Below are positions 13,771 through 26,700 of a stretch of 64,000 nucleotides of DNA, in pieces. Origin of the DNA: Lingula anatina (lineage: Eukaryota > Animalia > Brachiopoda); assembly GCA_051362555.1 (NCBI GenBank), contig CM120641.1, positions 25,860,401 to 25,924,400 on the forward strand, read 5' to 3'. Position numbers and translations under genes: made by a program. Each line of letters begins with the position of its first letter. The stretch's first letter is position 1. The notes under the pieces are model-generated. The model was not told where the DNA came from and searched no databases. It saw nothing but the letters and a program-made list of their open reading frames with translations.

Positions 13771-13955
13771 GTGCCTGTGTTCCACCAACAAGGAATAGAA
13801 AACAAGTGTCTGTACCACCAACAGGGGGTAGAAAACAAGTGTCTGTACCACCAATAAGGGATAGAAAACAAGTGCCTGTGCTCCACCAACAAGGGATAGA
13901 AAAGAAGTGTCTGTACCACCAACAGGGGATAGAAAACAAGTGTCTGTACCACCAA
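13771..13955. repeat. 33-35-bp minisatellite, about 5.5 copies
   Basis: gtgtctgtaccaccaacagggg(g/a)tagaaaacaa at 13806, 13839, 13872, 13907 and 13940. Confidence 0.9.
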
Positions 13956-14010
13956 ATGTACTTCTTTCTTTTTTTTACAATAAAACCAGTTTAATGTGTT
14001 TAATAAACTA

Positions 14011-17000
14011 CACTATAGCTAATAAGTCCCCGGTCACTTTAATAGCACACGCTGTCTACATCAGACGCGCTAATGCGCACGTCCCCGACAGAGTTAATGA
14101 TAGGGGGATTACGATGGACAGCGCATGTTGCTCACAGCAGTAGGCACTGCCGCCGAAGTTAAACCGGTAATTAAGTCTTTAACTTGACTAAACATGTTTT
14201 GCTTTGTAACTTGCGTCCTTCAGTCTTGCTGTTGCGGAAGCGCCGGCGGGACATATCTCCACCTTGCCGATATTTATCCCGACTCTCGACTTTAAAAGTA
14301 TTATTGGTTTTGATTTTATCAAAGTCTTATTATATCAGAAAACCTGCATATTTTCATACGTTAAGAGAATTATAGAAACTGTAGAAAAAGCTACTCGTAC
14401 ATCAGGGATAAAAAACAACACCTTGCAGCACTATTACCTATTATTCATCACCAGAAGTTACTGTTTCACTTTTTTCTCCCAAATTACAAAGTCTGATGAC
14501 AACTGAAAGCCTTTAGCCATACCTCAGGGCAGTGGGAGATAGTCTGGATTTGATTAAATGTAATAAAAGTATATTTTGAAGAATTTTCCTAGCCTTCGGC
14601 AATTTCCGCAAAGCTTCGGCATGCGCGGCAATACAGAGCTGTCGATATCTGCATGTGTGAACAATAGAATTGGTGGAACAACGGTTAACGTCGTTGAGTC
14701 CTCTGCAACCTATCCGACGGAAGTTCGTGTCCCTGACGGTACTTTTGAAGATTTTGAAATTGTCATTATTAAAAATTATCTATTAATATATAAAACAGTC
14801 GTGGCTAATTGTATTTGCAACGGAAAGCACAGTAGGGAGGTTTGTTGTTATTGTTAAAGTTATTATTACTGGGGACATAAATTAGTATGCTAATCTCTTA
14901 TCATGGTATAATGATTGATACGATGGGTATCAAATAGTTTTCCTTTGATATAAACAACAAAAGAGCGGCCTTCCAAATATCTTTGCTGAATGTTTATAAC
15001 GTAGGTACTATTATGCGCAAAAATATTGATACATGACGCAAACGACATTTACTAATTTTGGTAATATCAATTTTAATTAAAATTAAATTTAAGTGATGAT
15101 TGCTACTCTTACCAACGGTGCATCACCGATCAACTAATCTCAGCCACCTGAAGCAGAATCACCAACAAAAGACAAATTGGACTACATCTGCCTTCTTGTT
15201 GAGACATCTTATGTAAAAAAGGCGATAACGGTCAAAACATACGTGCTTCGTGGTTTATTAAATGTTCATCGTATTTTTTCGTTCATTATTCTTATGAGTT
15301 AAGCAGCTTCACCTCCGTGACACCCTTTTTATTTATTTAAACCATTGTTAGATAAACCATGGGTTTCACTCCAGATTTCACGATCGAACAGCTGATCATG
15401 AGGAGAGTGTAGCATGCTATAGTAAACTACCCCAAATATATATACAACACCTCCAGGGTTTCACGATCGAGCAAGTGATCATGAGGAGAGAGTGTAGCAG
15501 AGAACTTCATTAATGGTCGTCATAATTGGCGGTTGCCTTGGGAAAATGAGTTACATGATTACATAATACAGATACATAATAACATAAGATTAATACTAAA
15601 ATTTTCCCTGATACAAAAACCCCTATTTGAGCGCTTATTCCTGACTGCGTTAATTACGGGTGATTAGAAAGTAATCTATGAGGACGCAGGAGCGATGATT
15701 GCTACTCTTACCAACGGTAAATCACCGATTTACTTGACTCCGCTACTTCGAGCAAAATCACCACCAAAAGACATATTAGACCACGTTCGTCCTCTTATTA
15801 AAACAAAGAATGTAAAAATGTGATGTCGGTCAAAGAAGAGGACTAGACTACGTGCTTCATGGTTTATTAGATAGGCCTATTCATTGGATTTTTTTAGTTC
15901 ATTATTATAGCTTCACCTCGCGAGACCCTTTTTTATATATTTAAAACACAGCACCCCACTGGTTTCGCGATCATGAAGAAAGGGAGTGTAGCAAAGAACC
16001 TCATTAATGGTCGTGATAATAGGTGGTTGCATTGTAGGCCTAACCTTGTTCATTTTAGTCGACAGACTAAGCTAGAAGAAAGAACAGATCATTATCGCCT
16101 CTCTTTACTTAGGAACAATAAGGATGGCTAGTGGCAGCATTTATAAGTTCTTTTATTTAGAAACTTTCCGATCCTTTGTCTGGGACTGCGTCCGAGCAAC
16201 GGCGATAACGACAGAGACGTCCTCGAACATTTTGGACTCAGTGCAAATAAAAAAAATCCGTTAAGAAGTAGCCTTTAAATGTCCCGGCAAATAACTTTGC
16301 GATGGCTCAGAGAGTTCTAGAATGAATGACAAGCAACGACATTAGGGTTAATAATAGACTAAAAACTATCAGAGTGTAGGCCTGTCTTAGGCCTACTTCA
16401 TTTCTAAGGCCATCTTGTGATACGAGTCATGCTACACTATGATTTAATACAGGGATACCATCGATAGTATATCAATAGAAAATCGCAATCCTCAAATGTT
16501 TTTTAATTCATTAAATATAAACGGTCTTTTCTCGTACAATGGGTCTGGTATAGTTGTATTGGCCTATCAGTTGGAAACACGTGGTTCGTCTACAATTGCA
16601 AATGGCGGAGGTGCCGTGGTAGTTATTGTCGTAAAATTAGCTGGATACGGTGCACGTGAGAAAATTATTCATTAAATTTAGTTTTCGAGCGTCAGCTTAA
16701 TCTGGTAAAATGCGAGACGAAAAAAAATCATAGATAGAGCCTTATGACCCAATGTAGAATGATGCCGAATAATACATCAACGACGTAGTTTATCGGCAGA
16801 TAAACGTGTTTCCATTCTCGGCTGACTGAGGAAAGGTTTGAGAGAGCATTTAAAGAAGAGGCGGTCGAACCAATAGTGAGTAGGAAGTGTGCTGCAATCA
16901 AGACGAACAATACCGATCATAAGTGGACAGCTAATAACCCCTAATTAAGCCCGGGTTACGCGCTGCTGTGTTGACTCCTTGCTGGGGAGCGGTAGCGGCC

Positions 17001-17256
17001 TCCTACTGCTGTGAGTAATCACGCATTGTCTTCTAACCTGCGGCTTAGATGACTCCTTGCTGGGAAGGGGTAGCGGCCTCCTACTGCTGTGCGTATTCAA
17101 ACATTGTCTTCTAACATGCGGCTACACGACGGTTGCATTGTATTAATAAAGTAATACCTATTCATAAGGAAGGGGGCGGATGGTAATTTTACGAGAATTA
17201 AATCAGTTACCAATCATACGCGTACCAATAGTCGTGTTTTTTTTTTAGCTATACGG
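14011..17256. mobile_element. Unclassified CpG-rich 3.2-kb insertion, possibly a CACTA/EnSpm-like TIR element
   Basis: Ends TA|CACTATAGCTAA ... TTAGCTATACGG|TA. Subterminal inverted motif ctcacagcagtagg (14131) vs cctactgctgtgag (17002, repeated about 77 bp later). Diverged internal duplication about 15095-15540 vs about 15694-16030. Confidence 0.5.
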
Positions 17257-17284
17257 TATATGGTATCAACTAAAGTGCACTTAC

Positions 17285-17359
17285 TCATATATCTCTTGTA
17301 CACGACTTGGCACCTGTCTGGAAGGAAGTGTCTTCAATTCTTGGCAGGCCAAATAAAAT
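17285..17359 (-). CDS. RGS7: RGS7 coding exon 13 (FYLACQELKTLPSRQVPSRVQEIY)
   Basis: Acceptor tttcag, donor gtaagt, 75 nt. Confidence 0.93.
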   Translation of the reverse strand: MLFGLPRIEDTSFQTGAKSCTRDI

Positions 17360-17399
17360 CTGAAATTAAGTTAGAAACTAAAAAATAATAGACACATAG

Positions 17400-17614
17400 G
17401 CTCTATTCCCATAGATCTTAGATCGATCTATCCCTGTGGGGAGTCTCACTAGATTACTTTCAGATAATCCGACTTAAATGTCCGTCCCGCCTACTACAAG
17501 CTGTAAGGTGGTAATTAACTTTCGTGTCCGCCCGGCTGACAGCTATTTAGCGTGAACCCCCAGGGAGTTAGGTCGATCTAAAGTAGGTCGATCTAATCTA
17601 TGGAAATGGGGTGA
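17400..17614. mobile_element. Tourist/Harbinger-like MITE family B
   Basis: Inverted homologue of 30841-31059; termini attcccatagat..agatcgatct. Confidence 0.75.
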
Positions 17615-17828
17615 TAAACACTTATAATGATACCAGTGTAATATATCTTTATTTAAAATCACAATCACATAAGTCTGCAATAGCTGCGCATGTTGATTAT
17701 GATATAAATCAATTCACATTTTGATGGAACAAGAATTGTCTTGATCAACTGGTAAAAAATAAGGTCAAAATAGGTGTTCGAGGGTAACGTATGGAAGAAT
17801 GTTTGATATAACAACTCCCAGCAAGATA

Positions 17829-19481
17829 CAGACTTGACATTTAATATGGAATATTTTTTTCCAAATTATTTTTCATCAGTTTTTTCCTATTTTGCTGACT
17901 GATAAATGAAAATAAGGATTAAAATCGTGTTTTAATAACTTTTATTTATCTCTTTGATGTCATTGTGACATCAGGTCATTAATTGAATTCGCCAGTGAGG
18001 CAAACAAAAATGCATTGCCTATTTTAAGTCACACGACAACCATTGAAAGCGATATTTTGGATCTCCATATTTTCGAAATTATCGTCTTTAAAAGAGTTTT
18101 ACGCCCCACAAAGGACCCTCATGTCAGTGTCTTGTCACAGCAACGGTTGCTGTTACACCTGACTTCATCTGGCTGCTACCAGAGCTTTCAAGTGGCAAGG
18201 CATTCCATAGGATAGGTTTTTGGAGTTTAACCTGGAAAGAAATTCCAGGCAACGGTCAAAACTTGTCCAATTTGGTTCAGTTTTGTTGTAGGACATGCAG
18301 GCCGTTGATTCGGAGAGTAATAACCTACCCGTGTATTGTCTATGTGGTTCAAATATGGCGATTTTGATGACCATCGTATCTGCTCGATCCCTTGGCTCTG
18401 TAAGTTATCTGCTTTTAAAAGTGCTCTGGGTGAACGGACAATCTCATCGTGCAACCTAAAATGGTTCCTAAGGTGCCCCCTATCAAATGATAGTCAAATG
18501 GTTAGCAGATTATTCCTTTATTTCATCTGGTTTAGGTTTTCATCAATGACTACCACTGGTGTTTTGGCACCAATGTGGTATCCACTCCAAATACGTACTG
18601 ACGCTGTCAATGACCCTAGTCACTTTAGAAGCGGCACACGCCTTGTCGTAGGCCTCTGCAAGATGTCTGTAAACTCTGTTTTGACCAGTTAAGCGGTGCA
18701 GGTGAAATCTGACCTCAATAAAGAAAGCCACGCGGTTTCAGTGTTCTACCCAGAAACGGTAATGATCCACAATTCATTAAAGAAACAGACGACGCTATTT
18801 TGCTGTTTACAGTGGCTTCCTCAGAGGTCGTTTGGTATCCTAACCTGCTAAAACCAGTTTGATATTCGCTAAGAGCCTTGAAAAACGCGTTTTGGTCACA
18901 ATTTGCCCCTCATTCTGAACGGACTGGGTGGGTTTTGTTTAGTTGCAGAAGCATATCCTGAAGGACAGTGAGTCCTGTGCCCTGGTGGTAAGATGTCGAT
19001 ACATTGTGTAGGTACATCAGTCTGGGCATAACTCTATAAAACTGTGCAGACTATTCCGTTTGACACAATAATCTGTCTGGCAATGTCTGTCTTTTTTCGC
19101 GCCATTCTGACACAGATTAACATTTTTGTAAAACATTGTTTAACTCATTTTACGCACTGCAAAACCGACCGCTTGCATGCAAAATTTCAAATTCTTCTAT
19201 GCGGTAGTTGCCGACATATGGATACTTTTTTGACAGAACCATGCTTCGCCAAAGCTAAGCTTTAACCAGCCCAAAGGAGCACTTCCCAATTAAATCACCG
19301 CATATTACACAATGCAGCAGTGCAACAGACTTGGTAGTCAGTTAATTGGTAGCGACACACCTGACTTCACACTTCTTCAGTCAGATATCTTATATGAGAT
19401 CTGAGTTTTATGAAAAAAGAACGCACTTTTACCTAGGCATACCTTTAAAACTGAAATATTCCATATTAAATGTCAAGTCTG
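17829..19481 (-). mobile_element. Full-length (1653 bp) Tc1/mariner transposon, decayed
   Basis: TIRs CAGACTTGACATTTAATATGGAATATTT at both ends with TA target duplications (17827-28 and 19482-83); transposase remnants inside. Confidence 0.9.
18200..19105 (-). pseudogene. Tc1-type DDE transposase pseudogene
   Basis: The fragments VAFFIEVRFHLHRLTGQNRVYRHLAEAY and MHDEIVRSPRA...WSSKSPYLNHIDN resemble Tc1 VLFSDESRF..DGR.RV.R and QQDNARPH...WP..SPDLNPIEN. There are multiple stops and frameshifts; bounds are approximate. Confidence 0.8.
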
Positions 19482-19543
19482 TATTTTGTCTATGTTACTA
19501 TTTCAGTGCATGAAACAACTGATCTTAAGATGAGCAAACCTAC

Positions 19544-19669
19544 TTTAAATTTTCTCCACTAAATTCCTTGGCAAGGAATTTCCCAAAGTGATCTCTACCA
19601 GCTGGATCCTTCAGCAGTTCATAAATGCTAAATGTCCATTTTTTCACCCTCCTTTGTGGTAAATCCTTC
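19544..19669 (-). CDS. RGS7: RGS7 coding exon 12 ([42 protein letters not shown])
   Basis: Acceptor tttacag, donor gtaggt, 126 nt; start of the RGS domain. Confidence 0.95.
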
Positions 19670-20190
19670 CTGTAAACAATTAAAGCTTAATTTTTTACTG
19701 TCACTGTAAAGATGAATCCTTCATCTTTACTTTAATTACTGTTCTGTTGATTAGAAAGCTTGCAGCAAGTATTCAATCTAGATAATCAATGACTCTGTTC
19801 ATTCTGACTTTACCAGTAGTTTCAAACTGTCTAATAAAAACTGGAGTCTTTCAATCATATACCATGCAGTCTGACAAAGTTCCTTAAAAAAAAGATAATT
19901 TAAATGGGACATAGGGAATCCTGAAGTGATTTAAAATTCTTCTTCTTAACAGCTAATTCAAAGATATAACTAAAACAATCAGCTCTGTTTTATTGCAGAT
20001 GCAAACCTTCTCTATTATTTAAGGCATGGCAACTTTTGATTAACCGATATCTCATCTTATACAAAATCTATGCCATGTGAACTTTAACATCACATTTATT
20101 CAATATGTTATCTTAAACATCACACCTAACACAATATTTGCCATAGAAAACCACAGGCACAACTAACACACTGAGCAGAGTACCACTCAC

Positions 20191-20304
20191 ATTGTCTTCT
20201 CCAGATCCCATAGCTCTGCATTGTCTACTATCCAGGGATTGGCATATTCTTGGGGTGTTATGAAGGCATCAAACTCGGCATACTGTTCATAGTATGATGT
20301 GTAG
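20191..20304 (-). CDS. RGS7: RGS7 coding exon 11 (YTSYYEQYAEFDAFITPQEYANPWIVDNAELWDLEKT; GGL domain)
   Basis: Acceptor ttttag, donor gtgagt, 114 nt; GGL NPW motif. Confidence 0.93.
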
Positions 20305-20754
20305 CTAAAATATAAACAGCACATAACAGTGAGCAATTCTACAAAAAAAAGTGGACAAAGAAAAGTTTTTTAATGTTTTCATGAGAAAAAAAAAACTTCC
20401 TCCCTCTCTCTACTCAAAAGTTATTCCTTTTTGATTTACTCCATCATAACATACAACAAAGTGAAAGTGAATTTTATTTTCAGCAATTCAGGTATCTGTA
20501 TGAAGAATGAGGAATTATAATAGGAACAATGATTCATGAAAAACTTGCCACTTCAGGCATATATACTGTGCATAAATATACATAACTGCTTAGAAAAGTT
20601 AATTGTTAGCCTGTAGTTGTATTAGGTTTTATCTGGAATCAATGACAACAGAATTGATCTTCATTCACTGACATGCTCAACTGTCAACTTTTATCTTTTG
20701 ACAATTTGAATGGGATGTTTGTAGTCGATATTTTTGTTTATCTTGCAAATTGTA

Positions 20755-21129
20755 CAGGGTGACAAAAAAAATCAGAAGCCATAAATAATTTAATTAATCC
20801 TACAAAAGTCCAAATTTCAAGAAATTTGCTGGACTTTAACTTCAATATGTGTATGATAATTCCCTAAAGTTTCAGTTATCTTGGTCAGTTTGCATAAAAG
20901 TTATGTTCTTTTTCAAAATATGCTCTAAATGGCTTCCGAGGTTTTGGATGCACACTTGCATACATTGCGGAAAAAAAAATTGTCAATTTCACAAACATAC
21001 TGCTCCTTCAGGATTTTCCTTTTGGGAATGATCATTGCACAAATTTCTTGAAATTTGGTGGACCTTCGCAGGATTTATTTAAAATTCTTAGGGGTTCTGT
21101 TTTTTTTTTTTTTTTTTTCGGTCACCCTG
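20755..21129. mobile_element. Tc1/mariner-type MITE (375 bp)
   Basis: TA|CAGGGTGAC...GTCACCCTG|TA. Confidence 0.8.
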
Positions 21130-21291
21130 TATATAAAGTAACCAAGGGTTCAGTATATATGGCAGTTATTTTTATATATTGTTTAATAGGGTATAGTGTG
21201 CTATTATATGGGTTGTTTTATGTTATATGAGTATCAGTGGATCAAAGTGAAAGGGAAGCGTGGGATATCATTTGCATAGCACCTTTATTAC

Positions 21292-21353
21292 CTTTCAGCC
21301 ACTTTGGACACTTTCACCCATCGCCTTCCCAGCCTTCTTCTGTAGCATTCAAT
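21292..21353 (-). CDS. RGS7: RGS7 coding exon 10 (IECYRRRLGRRWVKVSKVAE; GGL start)
   Basis: Acceptor gtccag, donor gtaata, 62 nt. Confidence 0.9.
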
Positions 21354-21675
21354 CTGGACGTGAAATATAAAGAATATCACATGTACAGCGTGATTTAAAA
21401 ATTGAATTCAAAAGAGCATTAAATAATTAAATGTGTCTGAGAAATTCTGATACAGCATTTTTTTTAGGATACGTTATAAACCCATATTTTAATTTCCAGT
21501 CAACAATTTGTTACATTGTTGTTAGGGCAGAGAGATTACATAGTAAAAGCAGTCTTGTTCGGCCAAATATACTGTATTGCCTAGCTTTTTCCTTGGTTTT
21601 AATGAGACTTTGAAGGTTCGTGGTAAGCTGGGATGGAGAACACAAAAAATTTTTTGAACTGTGTCCACTTCTTAC

Positions 21676-21762
21676 CTCTTGTGTCAGACCTTGAGCTGGA
21701 TCATGGAGATCATTTACTGATACACCAGGACTCAATCTGCCTCCAGGCACTATGTACGAGAT
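21676..21762 (-). CDS. RGS7: RGS7 coding exon 9 (ISYIVPGGRLSPGVSVNDLHDPAQGLTQE; linker)
   Basis: Acceptor tttatag, donor gtaaga, 87 nt, phase 0/0, open frame; poorly conserved linker. Confidence 0.75.
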
Positions 21763-22728
21763 CTATAAATTTAAAGAGTATGCATTATTATACGTTGCTG
21801 AATTGGCCCTAATAAGGTTTTGTTCTCAATAGGAAAACATAATATATATTATTTCTGAATATACACATTCCATATTTGGAATGGTATTGGTGACTTTATA
21901 AAATCAGCTTAAGGTTGATTGCATTGCCTCAAGAAGAGATTTTAATACAATCAACTTTTGCTTTATCATACCAGCACCGACTCGTTCAAATCAACCCTGT
22001 CCCTAGGCAGTCTTGCTTTAAATGAAACACCCATGCATGCACGTACGCACACACTTTCAACATTCTCCTGAGACATCGGAGCTACAGCTGCAGAGGTAAT
22101 TATAAACTGCCTCTTAAGACACAAAATTTGTACATGTACAAAATTTCACTGAATAGAATTAATTCATGCGTACAATCCTCTAACCCCTCCTATGATTACG
22201 TAAACACAGGCTGTGTAGTAAGTAGAACCTTGTATAAGACTATTACTACTGTATAAGCACAACTCCATGAGCCAAATTACATTCCCAGCATCTGCTATTA
22301 CGTATACTACAGGGGATCTACATACAATGTATTAATAGCCCAGTGTTATTAAAGACAAGATAGTTGACTGAATTATTCTCCCAGTCACTGTATGGTATAT
22401 CAAGATACCAGAATATTATTATTGATCTACCACTTAATGGTACACATGGGGGAAGTCTATCACTGGATGTTCACAATATGTTCAGAGAAATTTTCTAATA
22501 CAGAAAATGGCTATACCTTGGGCACAGTATATACTCAATATAACATTGGTAACAAGCATTTTTCTACTGCTTTGATTAGCTATTCAGCTGCCATTATATT
22601 GAAACAATTGAAACAATCTACTTCAAGCAATTATACCCAGCCCCCCCCCCCCCCCAACACACGTACACACACACAAACTTTTAACAAATGAAAGGTTTCC
22701 AACCAAGATCAATTTTTTTATAACTTAC

Positions 22729-22800
22729 CCTTGCTGGACGTGCTTTATTATTCTTACAGGCCTTCTTAATGTCTACTTCTGTTGTATTTACACACCCAGG
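22729..22800 (-). CDS. RGS7: RGS7 coding exon 8 (PGCVNTTEVDIKKACKNNKARPAR)
   Basis: Acceptor tttaag, donor gtaagt, 72 nt. Confidence 0.93.
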
Positions 22801-23173
22801 CTTAAATGAAAAAAAAAAAAAGAAGCTGTATTACATATGAAAAAATATATGACCTGTCCTAGAACATAATGTTATCTCTTTTAATGAAATGTTCTTAATC
22901 TGTTCTAGGACATTCTGAAGGACTTCTCAAAAAACAAGTGTTCAAACGGTTCTATTCATTACAGAACAACATTATAACTGTAAAAAAATACACCAAATGT
23001 TCTAGAGTAGATTGAGAACCAATGGTGAATGTCAAATGAGACAAATTTTAGCAGTGGAAGCACTGTCAACTTCAAAATATCCATGGGTAACCAACCGCAG
23101 CCAAATCAATATCCAAATGCATCTTCACATCCAACACACTGTCATACCTAGCACAATGTACAATGTTTCTTAC

Positions 23174-23255
23174 CACAGGCCTATGGACATCCCAAAAAGC
23201 CCTTTCTTGACTATCCAGAACTTTGCGTTCAAGTTTATCTCTCTTTTTGTCAACT
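23174..23255 (-). CDS. RGS7: RGS7 coding exon 7 ([27 protein letters not shown]; DHEX)
   Basis: Acceptor ttccag, donor gtaaga, 82 nt. Confidence 0.95.
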
Positions 23256-23326
23256 CTGGAAAAATAAATTTTAATAATATCATGAGACAAAAATATATTC
23301 ATTAAACCCTATGGTCCCCATATTAA

Positions 23327-23664
23327 AGGGATAATAACTCTTCGTATGATATCTATATTTCACAATAAAGACATTGTGAATAACTCATAGAAATATAATA
23401 TATTTTGTTTTACCACAAAAACGGCAGTTATAGCTTTTTTTTGTGATATCTGAGCTTGTCTTTAGACCACGTTACCTCCATTGATGGCTATACTCTGTTA
23501 AAATCTCTTAAGAGATTTTAACAAAAAACCAAACTTTTTAGAAAAAAACCAGGGACTAACTTTGAATGTAAAAATGGATTCATTAACCATTGATAAGTAT
23601 GGGAAAATTGTTGTTTACTCTAGGAAAATTCATTTTTTGGCTGAAACGAAGAGTTATTATCCCT
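23327..23664. mobile_element. TTAA-flanked MITE (Kolobok-like)
   Basis: TTAA|AGGGATAATAACTCTTCGT ... ACGAAGAGTTATTATCCCT|TTAA; perfect 19-bp TIR. Confidence 0.8.
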
Positions 23665-23794
23665 TTAAGTGAGATAGTTTGGTTTAAATTCCAAGTATTT
23701 TTGTCAAAATTTCAATCATTTATTCATTTTTTCTTTTACTTTAGGATAAGAGGGACAATACCACCTCCTGTTAGATTAAGCACATCCAAGAGAT

Positions 23795-26700
23795 AACTAG
23801 AGGATCAGAGAGGCGATACCGCCTCCGAATATTGTACCACCAGCTGGAGTAAGCGCATTGGTATAGACCCCCACATAGACAAAATAAGGGACACAGCCAC
23901 CAGTCTTGTGCTTGACAAGCTGTAAAAATGCAATGAAGAAGAATTTTCAAAATATTCAAAAAATATATATAACTAAAAATGGTACAATCAAAGTTTATTT
24001 CATCGTAAGGTAGGTCAAAGGTCAATTTCAAGGTCACAGTAAATTGCCAGTATATGACTTCCTATTCAACTTCAATAGTATATATGTACCTATCTCTGCC
24101 AAGTTTGGAGTTAAAAGAGAAAGAAATTAGCAGAGTTCAGTTCATGATAATAAGTAGGTCAAAGGTCAATTTCAAGGTCACAGTAAGATTGCCAGTATAT
24201 GACTTCTAATTCAAGTTCAATAGTAACTATGGACCTATCTCTGCCAGTTTTGGAGATAAAAGGGAACCAAAGTTTGCAAAGTTCAGTTCATGGTGAAAAG
24301 TAGGTCAAAAGTCAATTTAAAGGTCACACTTAGATTGCCAGTATATGACTTCCCATTCAAGTTCAATAGTAACTATGGACCTATCTCTGCCAGTTTTGGA
24401 GATAAAAGGGAAGCAAAATTTGCAAAATCAGTTCATGGTGAAAAGTAGGTCAAAGGTCAATTTTAAGATCACAGTTAGATTGCCAGTATATGACTTCCTA
24501 TTCAACTTCAATAGTAACTATGGACCTATCTCTGCCAGTTTTGGACAAAAAAGGGAAGCAAAATTTGCAAAGTTCAGTTCATGGTGAAAAGAAGGTCAAA
24601 GGTCAATTTCAAGGTCACATTTAGATTGCCAGTATATGACTTCTTATTCAACTTCAATAGTAACTTTGGACCTATCTCTGCTAGTTTTGGAGATAAAAGG
24701 GAAGCAAAATTTGCAAAATCAGTTCATGGTGAAAAGTAGGTCAAAAGTCAATTTTAAGGTCACAGTTAGATTGCCAGTATATGACTTCCTATTCAACTTC
24801 AATAGTAACTATGGACCTATGTCTGCCTGTTTTGGACATAAAAGGGAAGCAAAATTTGCAAAGTTCAGTTCATGGTGAAAAGTAGGTCAAAGGTCAATTT
24901 CAAGGTCACACTAAGATTGCCAGTATATGACTTCAAAATTGAGTTCAAGAGAAACTATGGACCTATCTCTGCCAGTTTTGGAGATAAAAGGGAAACAAAA
25001 TTTGCAAAGTTTAATTCATGATGAAAAGTAGGCCAAAGGTCAATTTCAAGGTCACAGTAAGATTGCCAGTATATGACTTCCTATTCAAGTTCAATAGTAA
25101 CTATGGACCCATCTCTGCCAGTTTTGGAGATAAAAGGGAGGCAAAATTTGCAAAGTTCAGTTCATGGCAAAAAGTAGGTCAAAGGTCACATTTAGATTGT
25201 CAGTATATGACTTCCTATTCAAGTTCAATGGTAACTATGGACCTATCTCTGCCAGTTTTGGAGATAAAAGGGAAGCAAAATTTGCAAAATCAGTTCATGG
25301 TGAAAAGAAGGTCAAAGGTCAATTTCAAGGTCACATTTAGATTGCCAGTATATGACTTCCTATTCAACTTCAATAGTAACTATGGACCCATCTCTGCCAG
25401 TTTTGGAGATATAAGGGACTAAATGTTATAATTTTTAAGTTACCATAATGTGCCATTAATTTCCTACAGAAAAAATTAATTAAAATTAAGAAAATGTCAT
25501 TTTGGTCAAAATTCTTGAAATAGGAGGTGCTCTGAAGTTCTAAAAGTTCAAATTTGATAAAATAATGTCAATTTTGACCACAAGTTGTCTGCTTTGCCAA
25601 GCCTTATGTTTTATTTCTTTGGAGTTCAAAATTTATTATCCATTACCGTACTGCACATTTTGCTTTCACCACCAATATGTACTTTTTAAAACAGCGTAAC
25701 TCGAAAACCGTTTGGAATACAAAAAAACAGACACCACCACCAGTGTTGGGCTTTACATGCTCTACAAAATGCAAAAAAGAATGGGTCTCTAGCATTAACG
25801 TTCCCGAAATAGAGAGAGTTTTCAGTTTCGGTATCTTATGGCCCCTACTCTCGTGAAAATGCACCGATTGACCCCAAATTTACGGAGATGACATATGACC
25901 CAAAGGGAAACACTCTCCAATAAATATATCACTTAAAATGGTACAATCAAAGTTAAGTTCATCGTAAGGTAGGTCAAAGGTCAATTTCGAGGTCACACTT
26001 AGATTGCCAGTATATGACTTCCTATTCAAGTTCAATAGTAACTATGAACCTATCTCTGCTAGTTTTGGAGATAAAAGGGAAGCAAAATTTGCTAAGTTCA
26101 GTTCATGGTGAAAAGTAGGTCCAAGGTCAATTTCAAGGTCACATTTAGATTGCCAGTATATGACTTCATATTCAAGTTCAATAGAAAGTATGGACCTACC
26201 TCTGCCAGTTTTGGAGATAAAAGGGAGGCAAAATTTGCAAAGTTCAGTTCATGGTGAAAAGTAGGTCAAAGGTCAATTTCAAGGTCACAGTAAGATTGCC
26301 AGTACATGACTTCCTATTCAACTTCAATAGTAACTATGGACTTATCTCTGCCAGTTTTGGAGATATAAGGGACTAAATGTGATAATTTTGGAGTTACCAT
26401 AATGTGCCATAAATTTCCTACGGAAAAAATTAATTAAAATAAAGAAAAGGTCATTTTGGTAAAAATTCTTGAAATGGGAGGTGCTCTGAAGTTCCAGATG
26501 TTCAAATTTAATGAAATAATGTCATTTTCGACCACAAGTTGCCTGCTTTGCCAAGCCTTATGTTTTATTTTTCCGGAGTTCAAAATTTATTATCCATTAC
26601 CGTACTGCACATTTTGCTTTAACCACCAAAATGTACTTTTTGATACAGCGTAACTTTGGAGATAAAAGGGAAGCAAAATTAGCAAAGTTCAGTTCATGAT

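Noticed and set aside
13698-13994. ORFs with repeated WWYRHLFS / VSVPP peptides
   Set aside because: They are translations of the 33-bp minisatellite and have no splice or homology support.
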